In this document: positions 44,602 through 54,191 of the stretch, piece after piece | How the letters are laid out: every line of letters starts with the position of its first letter | How positions within the stretch are numbered: position 1 is the stretch's first letter | Source: Anaeromyxobacteraceae bacterium | GTDB lineage: Bacteria > Myxococcota > Myxococcia > Myxococcales > Anaeromyxobacteraceae | DNA length: 64,000 bases | NCBI GenBank assembly: GCA_032654565.1 | Contig: JAULAX010000015.1 | Span: 928,001 to 992,000 of the forward strand | Direction: 5' to 3' | The notes under the pieces: model-generated | Databases searched by the model: none | What the model saw: the letters and a program-made list of their open reading frames with translations, nothing else | Told to the model about the DNA's origin: nothing | Made by a program: the position numbers and the translations under genes

Positions 44602-45392
44602 CGGGGGCCACCACGCCGGTGACGGCGCTGCAGGGAGCGGCGCTGGCCCTGCTGGTGCTGGCCATCCCGCTGGCCGGCCCGGGGGCCTCCGGGGCGCGAC
44701 GGCGGCTGGTGGGGGCGGCGCTCGGCGGCGCGGCGCTGCTCCACCTCGCCGGCCTGGCCGCCTGGTGGGTCCACGTCGGCCACGGCCCCTACCTGGACCG
44801 CTTCGAGGTGCTCTCCTCCAACGCCTGGACGCAGCTGGCGGTCTTCCTCGTCGCCGCCTGGCGCGCCCCGGCGCTCCGCGATCGGGCCCGGCCGGTGCTG
44901 CTGGTCGTGGCCGCGCAGCTGGCCCTCGGCCTCTGGATCGGCCCCGGCTTCAAGACGCTGCCGCCGGTGATGGACAGCGGGTGGCTCACCGCCCACGCCC
45001 TCGCCTACAAGCTGTCGCTGGCCGCCGCGGTGGTGGCCCTGGCGCTGGCGCTGCCCATGCTGCGCGGGCCCGGCGTCGCCCCGTCGTCGGCCGATGACCC
45101 GCAACACCGCTGGACCGGCCAGGCCTTCGTCTTCTGGACCGCCGGCATGCTGCTCGGCTCGGTCTGGGGCTACCACGCCTTCGGACGCTTCTGGGGCTGG
45201 GACGCCGTGGAGCTCTGGGCGCTGGCCGGGTGGGCGGCGCTCGGCACCTACCTGCACCTGCTCCGCTTCTTCCGGCTGCCGGCGCGGCTCCGGGCCGGGC
45301 TCTACCTGGCCACCTTCGCCACGCTGGTGGTGGCCCTCTACCTGGCGCCCCTGGCCCGGGCCGGCCTCCACGCCGGGAGCTTCGTGAAGTAG
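44598..45392 (+). CDS. ccsA: Cytochrome c biogenesis protein CcsA/ResC
   Basis: WWD motif GSVWG..AFGRFWGWDAVELW; His in WLTAH, YLH, GLH. Confidence 0.85.
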   Translation: MTGATTPVTALQGAALALLVLAIPLAGPGASGARRRLVGAALGGAALLHLAGLAAWWVHVGHGPYLDRFEVLSSNAWTQLAVFLVAAWRAPALRDRARPVLLVVAAQLALGLWIGPGFKTLPPVMDSGWLTAHALAYKLSLAAAVVALALALPMLRGPGVAPSSADDPQHRWTGQAFVFWTAGMLLGSVWGYHAFGRFWGWDAVELWALAGWAALGTYLHLLRFFRLPARLRAGLYLATFATLVVALYLAPLARAGLHAGSFVK

Positions 45393-45416
45393 CGCCCTGC
45401 GGCTAGACTCCCCGGC

Positions 45417-46442
45417 GTGACCGCGCCCGATCGCCGCGAGATGGCCCGCGCCCGCGCCCGGCTCGGCGCCGAGGTCCGGCGCACCCTCGGCGCCTTCGGC
45501 TACGAGGAGGTGGAGACGCCCACCCTGGTGCCGGCGCCGGGCATGGAGCCGCACCTGGCGCCCTTCGAGGCCCCGTTCCGCCCCGAGGGCGGCGGGGCGC
45601 CCCGGCCGCTCTGGCTCATCACCAGCCCCGAGTACGCCATGAAGCGGCTGCTGGCCGACGGCTTCGAGCGGGTCTTCCAGCTCTCCCGCGTCTTCCGCAA
45701 CGGCGAGCTCTCCCGGGACCACAACCCGGAGTTCACCATGCTCGAGTTCTACCGGGCCGGGGCCGACTACCGCGGGATCATGGCCGACCTGGAGCGGCTG
45801 GTGGAGGCGGCCGCCCGCGCCCTGCGCCCCGGCGGCGCGCCCCGGGTCGAGCGCGGAGGCCGCGTCCTCGAGCTCACCGCCCCCTTCGAGCGGCTCACCG
45901 TGCAGGAGGCCTTCACCCGCCACGCCGGCGTCGACCTGGCCGCCTGCGAGGGGCGCGCCGACCGGCTCGGCGCCGCCGCCCGCGCCGCCGGCCACCGCGT
46001 CGGCCCCGACGGCGAGTCCTTCGACGACGCCTTCTTCCGGCTCATGCTCAGCGCCGTCGAGCCGAGGCTCGGCGTCGAGCGTCCCACCTTCCTCGTCGAC
46101 TGGCCGGCCTCGATGGCCGCCCTCTCCCGGGTGAAGGCCGGTGACCCGCGCTGGGCCGAGCGGTTCGAGCTCTACGCCGGCGGGCTGGAGCTGGCCAACG
46201 GCTTCTCCGAGCTGACCGACGCCGTCGAGCAGCGGGCCCGGCTCGTCGAGGAGCAGGCGCTGCGGCGGCGGCTGGCCCGCCCGGCGCTGCCGCTCGACGA
46301 GCCGTTCCTGGCGGCGCTGGCGCGGATGCCCGAGGCCGGCGGCGTGGCGGTCGGCCTCGACCGGCTGCTCATGCTGCTGACCGGGGCCGCCTCGATCGCC
46401 GAGGTGCTGCTCTTCCCGGCGGCGGGGTTCCTCGAGCCCTGA
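45417..46442 (+). CDS. epmA: EF-P lysine aminoacylase EpmA (GenX/PoxA)
   Basis: EVETP, TSPEYAMKRLL, FRNGE..HNPEFTMLEFY, ELANGFSEL, GLDRLLM; no anticodon domain. Confidence 0.92.
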   Translation: MTAPDRREMARARARLGAEVRRTLGAFGYEEVETPTLVPAPGMEPHLAPFEAPFRPEGGGAPRPLWLITSPEYAMKRLLADGFERVFQLSRVFRNGELSRDHNPEFTMLEFYRAGADYRGIMADLERLVEAAARALRPGGAPRVERGGRVLELTAPFERLTVQEAFTRHAGVDLAACEGRADRLGAAARAAGHRVGPDGESFDDAFFRLMLSAVEPRLGVERPTFLVDWPASMAALSRVKAGDPRWAERFELYAGGLELANGFSELTDAVEQRARLVEEQALRRRLARPALPLDEPFLAALARMPEAGGVAVGLDRLLMLLTGAASIAEVLLFPAAGFLEP

Positions 46443-46461
46443 ACCGCCGCCGGCCGGACCG

Positions 46462-47865
46462 CTACTGCTTCGCCGGCACCGGCGCCGGCGCCGTCACCGG
46501 GCGCGGCACCCGCGGCAGCGTCTCGACCGACTCGGCCAGCTGCCAGGCCATCACCGTCATGGCGGCCACCGAGGCCGACAGCTCCGCCGGCACCACCTTG
46601 TCGAAGGTGTCGGCGGCGGAGTGGTGCCAGTCGAAGTAGCGCGAGGTCTCCTGCCAGAGGCCGAGCACCGGCACCCCGGCCTCCTCGAGCGGCCCGATGT
46701 CCGAGCCGCCGCCGCGGCCGCCCACCCCGTCGGCGCCCAGCGCCGCCAGCGGCGCGGCCAGCCGGGTGAGCAGGGCCCGGCCGCCCTCACCCGCGGTCAC
46801 GGTGAAGCCGCGCGGCCTCCCGGCGCCGCTGTCGGCCTCGACGGCGGCGACGTGGCGCGGCAGCTCGGCGGCGTGGCGCTCGGCGTACCCGAGGCCGCCC
46901 TCCAGCCCGTTCTCCTCGTTCATGAAGAGCACCGCCCGCACGGTGCGGCGCGGCGCCACCGGCTGGAGCGAGAGCTGCCGCAGCGCCTCCATGACCATGA
47001 CCACGCCGGCGCCGTCGTCGATGGCCCCGGTGCCGAGGTCCCAGGAGTCGAGGTGGGCGCCGATCACCACCACCTCCTCGGGGCGCTCCCGCCCCCGCAC
47101 CTCGGCGACCACGTTGGCCGACTCGACGGTGGCCGGCGTGGCGAAGCCGCAGCCGAGGGTGAGGTGGACGCGGACCGGCCCGCGCGACAGCAGCCGGTGC
47201 AGCAGCTCGGCGTCCTCCACCGAGACCGCCGCGGCCGGGATGGGCGCGGCCACGCCCTGCCAGCTGGTCATGCCGGTGTGCGGATCGCGCAGCGTGGCGG
47301 TGGCCAGCGAGCGGACCAGGGCGCCGGCCGCCCCGAGCCGGGCGGCGGCGGCGGGGCCGCGGGTCCGCAGCGAGGCGGTGTCGCCGTACCCCTGCCCGGC
47401 CCCCATCGAGTGGTTGAAGAAGATCAGCCGGCCGCGGGCCTTCTCACCCAGCGCCGCCGCCTCGGCGAGCGAGCGGACCTCGAGCACCTCGGCGGCGATC
47501 CCCTCGGCCGGCGTGCCCGGGCTGTTGCCCAGCGCGGTCACCGCCAGCCGCTGCGGCCGGAGCACCTGGCCGCCGGCCAGCAGCTCGGCGCGCTCCTCCC
47601 CGCGGGTCCAGGCCGGCACCATGACCGGCTCGGTCCAGGCGGTGAGGCCGTCGGCGCGGAAGGCGCGCAGCGCCCAGGCCACGCCGGCGGCGGCGCCGGG
47701 CGAGCCGGTCAGGCGCGGCCCCACGGTGTCGGTCAGCTCGGCGAGCCGCGACATGGGTCGCTCGCTCGCCAGCGACGCTGCGCCCAGGCGGGCGGCGGTG
47801 TCGGCGGGTGGGGTCGGGGCGGCGGCGAGGAGCAGCAGGGCGAGGGCGGGGATCACGGGGAGCAT
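46462..47865 (-). CDS. M28 family metallopeptidase (carboxypeptidase Q-like), exported
   Basis: Signal peptide; GPRLTGS, GAHLDSWD.GTGAIDDGAG, NEENG, GSDI, HH..DT. Confidence 0.88.
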   Translation of the reverse strand: MLPVIPALALLLLAAAPTPPADTAARLGAASLASERPMSRLAELTDTVGPRLTGSPGAAAGVAWALRAFRADGLTAWTEPVMVPAWTRGEERAELLAGGQVLRPQRLAVTALGNSPGTPAEGIAAEVLEVRSLAEAAALGEKARGRLIFFNHSMGAGQGYGDTASLRTRGPAAAARLGAAGALVRSLATATLRDPHTGMTSWQGVAAPIPAAAVSVEDAELLHRLLSRGPVRVHLTLGCGFATPATVESANVVAEVRGRERPEEVVVIGAHLDSWDLGTGAIDDGAGVVMVMEALRQLSLQPVAPRRTVRAVLFMNEENGLEGGLGYAERHAAELPRHVAAVEADSGAGRPRGFTVTAGEGGRALLTRLAAPLAALGADGVGGRGGGSDIGPLEEAGVPVLGLWQETSRYFDWHHSAADTFDKVVPAELSASVAAMTVMAWQLAESVETLPRVPRPVTAPAPVPAKQ

Positions 47866-47943
47866 CGGCAAGGTTCTAGCGGTGGCGGGAGCGCCGGTCC
47901 AGCGCCTCCGGTGGAGACGGCGGCGCCGGCCCCACCCCGAGGC

Positions 47944-49599
47944 TCACCCCTCCTCGATGGGCCCGGGTGGCGGCACCGCCACCACCGGCTGGCGCGGCAG
48001 GTCGACCAGGAAGACGGCCCCGGCCCCCGGCGTGCTCTCCACCTGGATGTTCCCGCCGTGGGCCTCGACGATGCGCTTGACGATGTAGAGCCCCAGCCCC
48101 AGGCCGCCGTAGTTCTGGCTCGACACCGCCCGCTCGAAGCGCTCGAAGATGTGGCGCTGGTCGGCCTCGGCCACGCCGATGCCGTGGTCGTGGACCTGGA
48201 GGAAGGCCCGCCCCTCGGCGGCGCCATAGCGGATCTCCACCGGCTTGCCGGCGCCGTACTTGACGGCGTTGGCCAGCAGGTTGACCACCACCTGGCCGAT
48301 CCGCAGCGGGTCCCAGCGCCCCACCACCGGCTCGCCGCGGACCTCGAGCGTGGACCCGGCCTGCTCCAGCTCGTCGGCCAGCCCGGCCGCCGCCTCGGTC
48401 ACCACCGCCCCCAGCTCCACCTCGGCGACGTCCAGCTCCAGCCGGCCCATGTGGATCCGCGAGACGTCGAGCAGCGCCTCCACCAGCTTCTCCAGCCGCT
48501 GCCCGGCCCGCTCCGAGGCGGTCAGCACCCGGTCGACGGCGCCGCCGGGGACGCTGGTGACGCCGTCGCGGGCGGCCACCCGCCGCAGGTTCTCCAGCGC
48601 CAGCCGCAGCGAGGTGAGGGGGGTGCGCAGCTCGTGCGAGGCGATGGAGAGGAACTCGTCGCGGGCCACCACCGCCGCCTGGGCCTGCCCGTAGAGCCGG
48701 GCGTTCTCGATGGCCTGGGCGGCGCGGTGGGCGAGGTCGTCGAGCAGGGCCTCGTCCTCGCGGGTGTAGGCCGGCCCGCCCAGGTCCCGGGTCATCGTCA
48801 GGTGGCCGAAGACCTGCCCGCGCCGGGCCAGCGGCGCGATCATCATGGAGGTGGCGCCGTCGAGGTAGGGCCAGTACTCCGGCTTCATGTTGGCGTGGAT
48901 GAACTCCCGGGTCAGCTCGGGGATGCGCAGGGTCTCGCCGGTGGCCAGCACCCGCGCCGTGATCCCCTCGCCGACCCGCTGGGGGGCGGTCTGCAGCACC
49001 TCCCGGCGCAGGGCCTCGCGGACCGGGTCGGGGTGGTGCACGGCGGCCGGGACCAGCCAGCCGCCGTCGGGCGAGACCAGCCGGATCAGCGAGCCGTCGC
49101 CGATCAGCTCGGCGAGCCGGCGGGCCACCGTCTCCAGCGTGGCGCCCTCGTCGAGGCCGCTGGCGAAGGCCCGCGACGCCTCGGCCTGGGCCTCCAGCCG
49201 GAAGGCCTGGCGCCGCAGCCGCTCCTCGGCCTCGTGAAGCTCGGTGGTGTCGGTGGCCAGGCCGACCACCTCCAGCAGCACCCCCTTGTCGTCGCGGACC
49301 GGCGCGAAGCGGGCCTCGTAGAAGCGGTCGCCGAGCAGCCCGCGGGCGGTCCCGGTGCGGCCGGTGACGGCCCGCTGCACCGCCTCCTGGACCCAGGCGG
49401 CGTCGGGGAAGAGCTCCTCGATGGTGCGCCCCACGCCCGGCGCGGCGCGCCGACCCAGGGCCCGGAGCAGTCGCCCCTCCGCCATCACCACCCGCCCGTC
49501 GAGGTCGAGCACGAAGAAGATGCTGGGCGCCTGGCCCACCAGCGCCCGCAGCCGCCGCTCGGTGGCCCCCTCACCAGCCCGCTTCCGGAAGAGGCGCAC
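47944..49599 (-). CDS. PAS-GAF sensor histidine kinase
   Basis: GTG 49599 (inferred); SHELRTPL, NLLANAVKY, DHGIG, GLGLGL, GAGA.F. Confidence 0.88.
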   Translation of the reverse strand: MRLFRKRAGEGATERRLRALVGQAPSIFFVLDLDGRVVMAEGRLLRALGRRAAPGVGRTIEELFPDAAWVQEAVQRAVTGRTGTARGLLGDRFYEARFAPVRDDKGVLLEVVGLATDTTELHEAEERLRRQAFRLEAQAEASRAFASGLDEGATLETVARRLAELIGDGSLIRLVSPDGGWLVPAAVHHPDPVREALRREVLQTAPQRVGEGITARVLATGETLRIPELTREFIHANMKPEYWPYLDGATSMMIAPLARRGQVFGHLTMTRDLGGPAYTREDEALLDDLAHRAAQAIENARLYGQAQAAVVARDEFLSIASHELRTPLTSLRLALENLRRVAARDGVTSVPGGAVDRVLTASERAGQRLEKLVEALLDVSRIHMGRLELDVAEVELGAVVTEAAAGLADELEQAGSTLEVRGEPVVGRWDPLRIGQVVVNLLANAVKYGAGKPVEIRYGAAEGRAFLQVHDHGIGVAEADQRHIFERFERAVSSQNYGGLGLGLYIVKRIVEAHGGNIQVESTPGAGAVFLVDLPRQPVVAVPPPGPIEEG

Positions 49600-49607
49600 G
49601 CGAGGTC

Positions 49608-51788
49608 CTAGTACTCGAAGCCGCTGCCGCCGATGAACTCGCGCAGCAGGGAGGTGGGGGGGACGTGATCGGGGTGGATGGAGACGAACCGCTCCACCAG
49701 GTGGCGCAGCCGGTGGGCGGTCGGGTAGGCGGCGTGGTCGGGCGGGACCTCGAGCAGGTAGCGCTCGGCGTAGATCTTCAGCACCGCCGGCTCGTAGACC
49801 AGCGCCGAGTCGAAGACCACCTCGGCCTGGCCCTGGAACGGGTAGATGTGCTGGCGCTCGCCGGCCTGCACCGAGGGCCAGCGGGCGATGTTGTCGGCGG
49901 CCCGGTAGCCGCGCTGGTGGCGGTCGCGGACGATGCGCCGCAGCAGCCGCAGGTCGGTGGCGCTGACCCGGGTGAGCCGGTCGAAGGGGAGGGTGGTGGC
50001 GGGGTGGACGAAGACGCGGAAGTGCTCGCCGGGGCGGGGGATGCCGTCGAGCAGGCGCGGGTTGAGGCCGTGGATCCCCTCCAGCATCAGCACGTCGCCG
50101 GGGCGCAGCTGCAGGTCGGGGCCGCCGGCCGGGTGGGAGAGGCCGGTCTTGAAGTCGTAGCGGGCGGTGCGGATGGTCTCCCCGGCCAGCAGCCGCCGGA
50201 CGTGGTCCTGCAGCAGCGCCAGGTCGAGCGCCTCCAGGGCCTCGAAGTCCCACTCGCCGCGCAGGTCGCGGGGGTTCTTGTCGCGGTCGACGTAGTAGTC
50301 GTCGAGGGAGAGGGCCACCGGGTTGACGCCGTTGATCTGGAGCTGGACGGTGAGCCGCTTGATGAAGGTGGTCTTGCCCGAGGACGACGGGCCGGCGATG
50401 GAGATGATGCGGATCCGCTCCCGGGCCGCGGCCACGAGGTCGGCGATGCGGCCGATCTGCTTCTCGTGGAACCCCTCGGCGACGCGGATGATCTGCGAGA
50501 CCCGGCCGTCGATGCAGCGCTCCGAGAAGGCGCCGACGCTGCGCAGCTCGAGCGAGCGCAGCCAGCGCTGGTGCTCGCGCACCATGCCGCCGTCGGTCTC
50601 CGGCTGCAGCGGCGGCGCCGCAGCCCCGCCCAGGGCCCGCGGGTCCTCCGGGCCCAGCCCGAGCGCCAGCCCCTCGGGGTGGGGCTGGAGGGTGAAGCCG
50701 GAGAGCAGGCCGGCCGACGGCACCAGCGGGCCCATGGAGAGGGCGTAGCACTGGCCGCAGGAGACCAGCCGGACCGTCGACTGCCGCCGCAGCCGCAGCA
50801 GCTCGGCGGCGTCGTCCCAGCCGCGCTCGGCGAACCAGGCGCGGGCCTCGTCGGTGGCCCAGTACTCGACGCGGAAGGGGGCGTCGCTGGCGGCGTGGGC
50901 GGTCATGGCGGCCAGCAGCCGCGGCGCCAGGTCGGCGGCGGCGGCCTCTCCCTCGACCTGCACCACCTGGATCAGCCCCCGCGACGGGCCCATGCGGACC
51001 TGGAGCAGCGGCGCCTCGGCCAGGGCCGCCTCCAGCAGCAGCAGCCCCACCGACTGGGCGTAGATCTGCCGCCCCTCCCAGTGGGCCACGGTGAGCGGGG
51101 TCACGGCGCTGTCGGTGTAGACCGGCGTCAGCAGCGAGACCGGCCGGGAGTTGAGCAGGCCGGCCACCACCAGCGATCCCTCGTGGCGGGCCGGGAGGAT
51201 GTCGCGCAGGCGGGTCCCGGTGGGGAACTCGCGGACCTTGCCCAGCACCGCCGCCCGGATGGTGCGGGGGCGCGGCGCCGAGCGGCCGCGCAGGCCGGTG
51301 GCCAGGTCGCCGGAGAGGCGGGCCAGCTCCCGTCCCAGCCCGTCGGCCGCCGCCAGCGCCAGCTTCAGGGCCACCCCCGGCGCCTCGCGCTCCAGGGCGC
51401 CGAAGCGATCCGCCGAGAGCCGGCCCACCAGCAGCGCCGTCTCGCTGGTCACCTGCTCCCCGAGGTGGGGCTCGCCCAGCGGCGCCAGCTCGCCGTAGTG
51501 GTCCCCGGGGCCGAGCCGCCGGACCGGCCGCTGGTCGCCGCGGCAGGCGGCCCGCCCCTCGGCGATGAGGTCGAGGTGGCGGCCGGCCTCGGCGCCGCCG
51601 TGGACCAGCGCCTGGGGCTCCAGCCGGAGGTAGTCGAGGCCGTCGAGCAGCGCGGCGCGCTCGGCGGGGGCCAGCCGCGAGAGCAGCGGCGCGGCGTCGA
51701 GCGCCGCCCGCTGCCGGTCATCGAGGTCGCTCCTGCGGATGGGCACCGCCGCCGCTCCCGTCACCTGGCCGCGCCTGGGCCAGGGCAC
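49608..51788 (-). CDS. Nucleoside (uridine) kinase family protein with N-terminal cNMP-binding-like and ThrRS-N-like domains
   Basis: GD.YGELA cNMP-type motif; AGPSSSGKTT, LDDYY, LEGIHGLN, RLLRRIVRD, SLLREFIGGS; start uncertain. Confidence 0.82.
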   Translation of the reverse strand: MPWPRRGQVTGAAAVPIRRSDLDDRQRAALDAAPLLSRLAPAERAALLDGLDYLRLEPQALVHGGAEAGRHLDLIAEGRAACRGDQRPVRRLGPGDHYGELAPLGEPHLGEQVTSETALLVGRLSADRFGALEREAPGVALKLALAAADGLGRELARLSGDLATGLRGRSAPRPRTIRAAVLGKVREFPTGTRLRDILPARHEGSLVVAGLLNSRPVSLLTPVYTDSAVTPLTVAHWEGRQIYAQSVGLLLLEAALAEAPLLQVRMGPSRGLIQVVQVEGEAAAADLAPRLLAAMTAHAASDAPFRVEYWATDEARAWFAERGWDDAAELLRLRRQSTVRLVSCGQCYALSMGPLVPSAGLLSGFTLQPHPEGLALGLGPEDPRALGGAAAPPLQPETDGGMVREHQRWLRSLELRSVGAFSERCIDGRVSQIIRVAEGFHEKQIGRIADLVAAARERIRIISIAGPSSSGKTTFIKRLTVQLQINGVNPVALSLDDYYVDRDKNPRDLRGEWDFEALEALDLALLQDHVRRLLAGETIRTARYDFKTGLSHPAGGPDLQLRPGDVLMLEGIHGLNPRLLDGIPRPGEHFRVFVHPATTLPFDRLTRVSATDLRLLRRIVRDRHQRGYRAADNIARWPSVQAGERQHIYPFQGQAEVVFDSALVYEPAVLKIYAERYLLEVPPDHAAYPTAHRLRHLVERFVSIHPDHVPPTSLLREFIGGSGFEY

Positions 51789-51812
51789 GCGGAAAGGGGC
51801 ATCGTACCGCCG

Positions 51813-52979
51813 TCAGACCACGCGCAGGAAGAGCACCTTCAGGTACCGGGTCTCCGGGACGCCCAGCAGCACCGGGTGGTCGCGGCCGGCCCCGCGCCGC
51901 TCCAGCAGCTGCACGTCGCGCCCGGCGTCCCGCGCCGCCTCCAGCACCAGCTCCTCCAGCAGCGCCTCGGAGAGGTGGTAGCTGCAGGAGGCGGTCACCA
52001 GCATGCCGCCCGGCTTCAGCACCTGGAAGGCCCGCAGGTTGATCTCCTTGTAGCCGCGCCGCGCCGCCGGCAGCGACTCCTTGTTCTTGGCGAAGGCGGG
52101 CGGGTCGAGCACCACGGTGTCGAAGGCGGGGGGCTCCTCGGCCCGGTCGCGCAGGTAGTCGAAGGCGTTCAGCTCCACCAGCTCCAGGTTGGTGGTGCCG
52201 TTCAGCTCGGCGTTGGCGCGCAGCAGCGCCGAGGCGGTGGGCTGCATCTCCACCGCGGTGACCCGCTCCCCGTGGCGGGCCAGCTGCAGCGCGAACCCGC
52301 CGGCGTAGCTGAAGCAGTCGAGGCAGCGGCCGCGGGCGTACTGCCCGGCCAGCAGGTGGTTCTCGCGCTGGTCGAGGAAGGCGCCGGTCTTCTGCCCGGA
52401 GAGGACGTCGATGCGCAGCCGCACCTCGCCCTCGCGGTACTCCAGCGGCGTGGGCTCGGGGCCGCGCAGCACCCCCTTCACCTGGGCCAGCCCCTCCAGC
52501 TCGCGCACCCGCACGTCGTTCCGCTCCACCACGGTGGTGACCCCGGTGGCCGCCGCCACCAGCTCGGCCAGCAGCCCCTTGCGCCGCTCGGTGGCCGGCA
52601 CCAGCGTCTGCAGCACCGCCACCTCTCCGTAGCGATCGGCCACCAGCCCGGGGAGCAGGTCGGCCTCGCCGTGCACCAGCCGGTAGGCGGTCTGGCCCGG
52701 GAAGGCCCGCTGCCGCAGCTCCAGCGCCGAGGCGATGCGCCCGGCCAGGAAGGCCTCGTCGATCGGCTCCTCGTCGCGGGTGACGATGCGCAGGGCGATC
52801 TGCGACTTCTCCGAGTACCAGGCCTTGGCGAGGAAGCGGCGCCGGCCGTCCACCACCGCCACCACGTCGCCGGCTTTGGCGCCGGGGGCCTTGGCGATGT
52901 CGCCGCGGTAGATCCAGAGGTGGCCCTTCTGCAGCCGCTCCGCCCCGCGGCGGGTGATCTCGACCATGGGCTCGTTCAC
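51813..52979 (-). CDS. RlmI-like class I SAM-dependent rRNA methyltransferase
   Basis: GH.WIY PUA domain, GEAD.LPGL..DRY, GQKTG.FLDQRENH, LDPPAFAK, SCS, PET.YLK. Confidence 0.88.
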   Translation of the reverse strand: MNEPMVEITRRGAERLQKGHLWIYRGDIAKAPGAKAGDVVAVVDGRRRFLAKAWYSEKSQIALRIVTRDEEPIDEAFLAGRIASALELRQRAFPGQTAYRLVHGEADLLPGLVADRYGEVAVLQTLVPATERRKGLLAELVAAATGVTTVVERNDVRVRELEGLAQVKGVLRGPEPTPLEYREGEVRLRIDVLSGQKTGAFLDQRENHLLAGQYARGRCLDCFSYAGGFALQLARHGERVTAVEMQPTASALLRANAELNGTTNLELVELNAFDYLRDRAEEPPAFDTVVLDPPAFAKNKESLPAARRGYKEINLRAFQVLKPGGMLVTASCSYHLSEALLEELVLEAARDAGRDVQLLERRGAGRDHPVLLGVPETRYLKVLFLRVV

Positions 52980-54163
52980 GTGGCGTCCTGGGTCGGGGCC
53001 GCGGACCGGGCGGCGGCGAACCCGCGCTCCAGGTCCTCGCGCAGGTCGTCGACGTGCTCGATGCCGGCCGAGACCCGGATGAAGCCGTCGGCGATGCCGA
53101 GCGCGGCGCGGGTGGCGGCCGGGACGCTGGCGTGGGTCATGATGGCAGGGTGCTCGATGAGGCTCTCCACGCCGCCCAGCGACTCGGCGCAGGCGAAGAC
53201 CCGCACCGCCCGGAGGAAGGCGCTGGCGGCGGGGAGCCCGCCGCGGATGGTGAAGGCCAGCATGCCGCCGAAGCCGGTCATCTGGCGCGCCGCCAGGGCG
53301 TGCTGCGGGTGGCTGGGGAGGCCGGGGTAGATGACCTGCTCAACCTGGGCGTGCCCCTCGAGGAAGCGGGCCAGGGCGCCGGCGTTCTCGGCGTGCCGGG
53401 CCATGCGGACGTGCAGCGTCTTCAGCCCGCGCAGCACCAGGAAGGAGTCCATGGGCGAGGGCACGCCGCCCACCGCGTTCTGCAGGAACTTGAGCCGGTC
53501 GTGGAGCGCCGGGTCGCCGAGCATGACGGCGCCGCCGATGACGTCGGAGTGGCCGTTCAGGTACTTGGTGGTGGAGTGGGTGACCACGTCGACCCCCAGC
53601 GCCAGCGGGCGCTGGAAGTAGGGGGTGGCGAAGGTGTTGTCGACCACGCTGAGCGCGCCGTGGCGCCGCGCCAGCCCCGCCACCGCCGCCAGGTCGACGA
53701 TCTTGAGCATGGGGTTGGTGGGGCTCTCGATCCAGACCATGCGGGTGGTGGGCCGCAGCCCCCGCGCCACGGCGGCCGGGTCGGTCATGTCCACGTAGGA
53801 GAACTCGAGCCCGTGGCGCCGGAAGACCTTGTCGAAGAGCCGGAAGGTGCCGCCGTAGACGTCGTCGCTGGCCAGCACGTGGTCGCCGGCGGAGAGCAGG
53901 TGGAGCAGGGCGTCGGTGGCGGCCAGCCCGGAGGCGAAGGCCAGGCCGAAGGGCGCCCCCTCCAGCGCGGCCAGGCAGTCCTGCAGGGCGTGGCGGGTGG
54001 GGTTCTGGGTGCGGCCGTACTCGAACCCCTTGTGGTTCCCCGGCCCGTCCTGGACGTAGGTCGAGGTCAGGTAGATCGGGGTCATCACCGCGCCGGTGGT
54101 GGGGTCGGGCGGCTGGCCGGCGTGGATGGCCAGCGTCTCGAAGCGGCTCTTCTGGTCGGCCAT
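52976..54163 (-). CDS. Cystathionine gamma-lyase/gamma-synthase
   Basis: [45 protein letters not shown]. Confidence 0.92.
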   Translation of the reverse strand: MADQKSRFETLAIHAGQPPDPTTGAVMTPIYLTSTYVQDGPGNHKGFEYGRTQNPTRHALQDCLAALEGAPFGLAFASGLAATDALLHLLSAGDHVLASDDVYGGTFRLFDKVFRRHGLEFSYVDMTDPAAVARGLRPTTRMVWIESPTNPMLKIVDLAAVAGLARRHGALSVVDNTFATPYFQRPLALGVDVVTHSTTKYLNGHSDVIGGAVMLGDPALHDRLKFLQNAVGGVPSPMDSFLVLRGLKTLHVRMARHAENAGALARFLEGHAQVEQVIYPGLPSHPQHALAARQMTGFGGMLAFTIRGGLPAASAFLRAVRVFACAESLGGVESLIEHPAIMTHASVPAATRAALGIADGFIRVSAGIEHVDDLREDLERGFAAARSAAPTQDAT

Positions 54164-54191
54164 GGCGTCCTCTGCGCGGCGAAAGCGCCGG

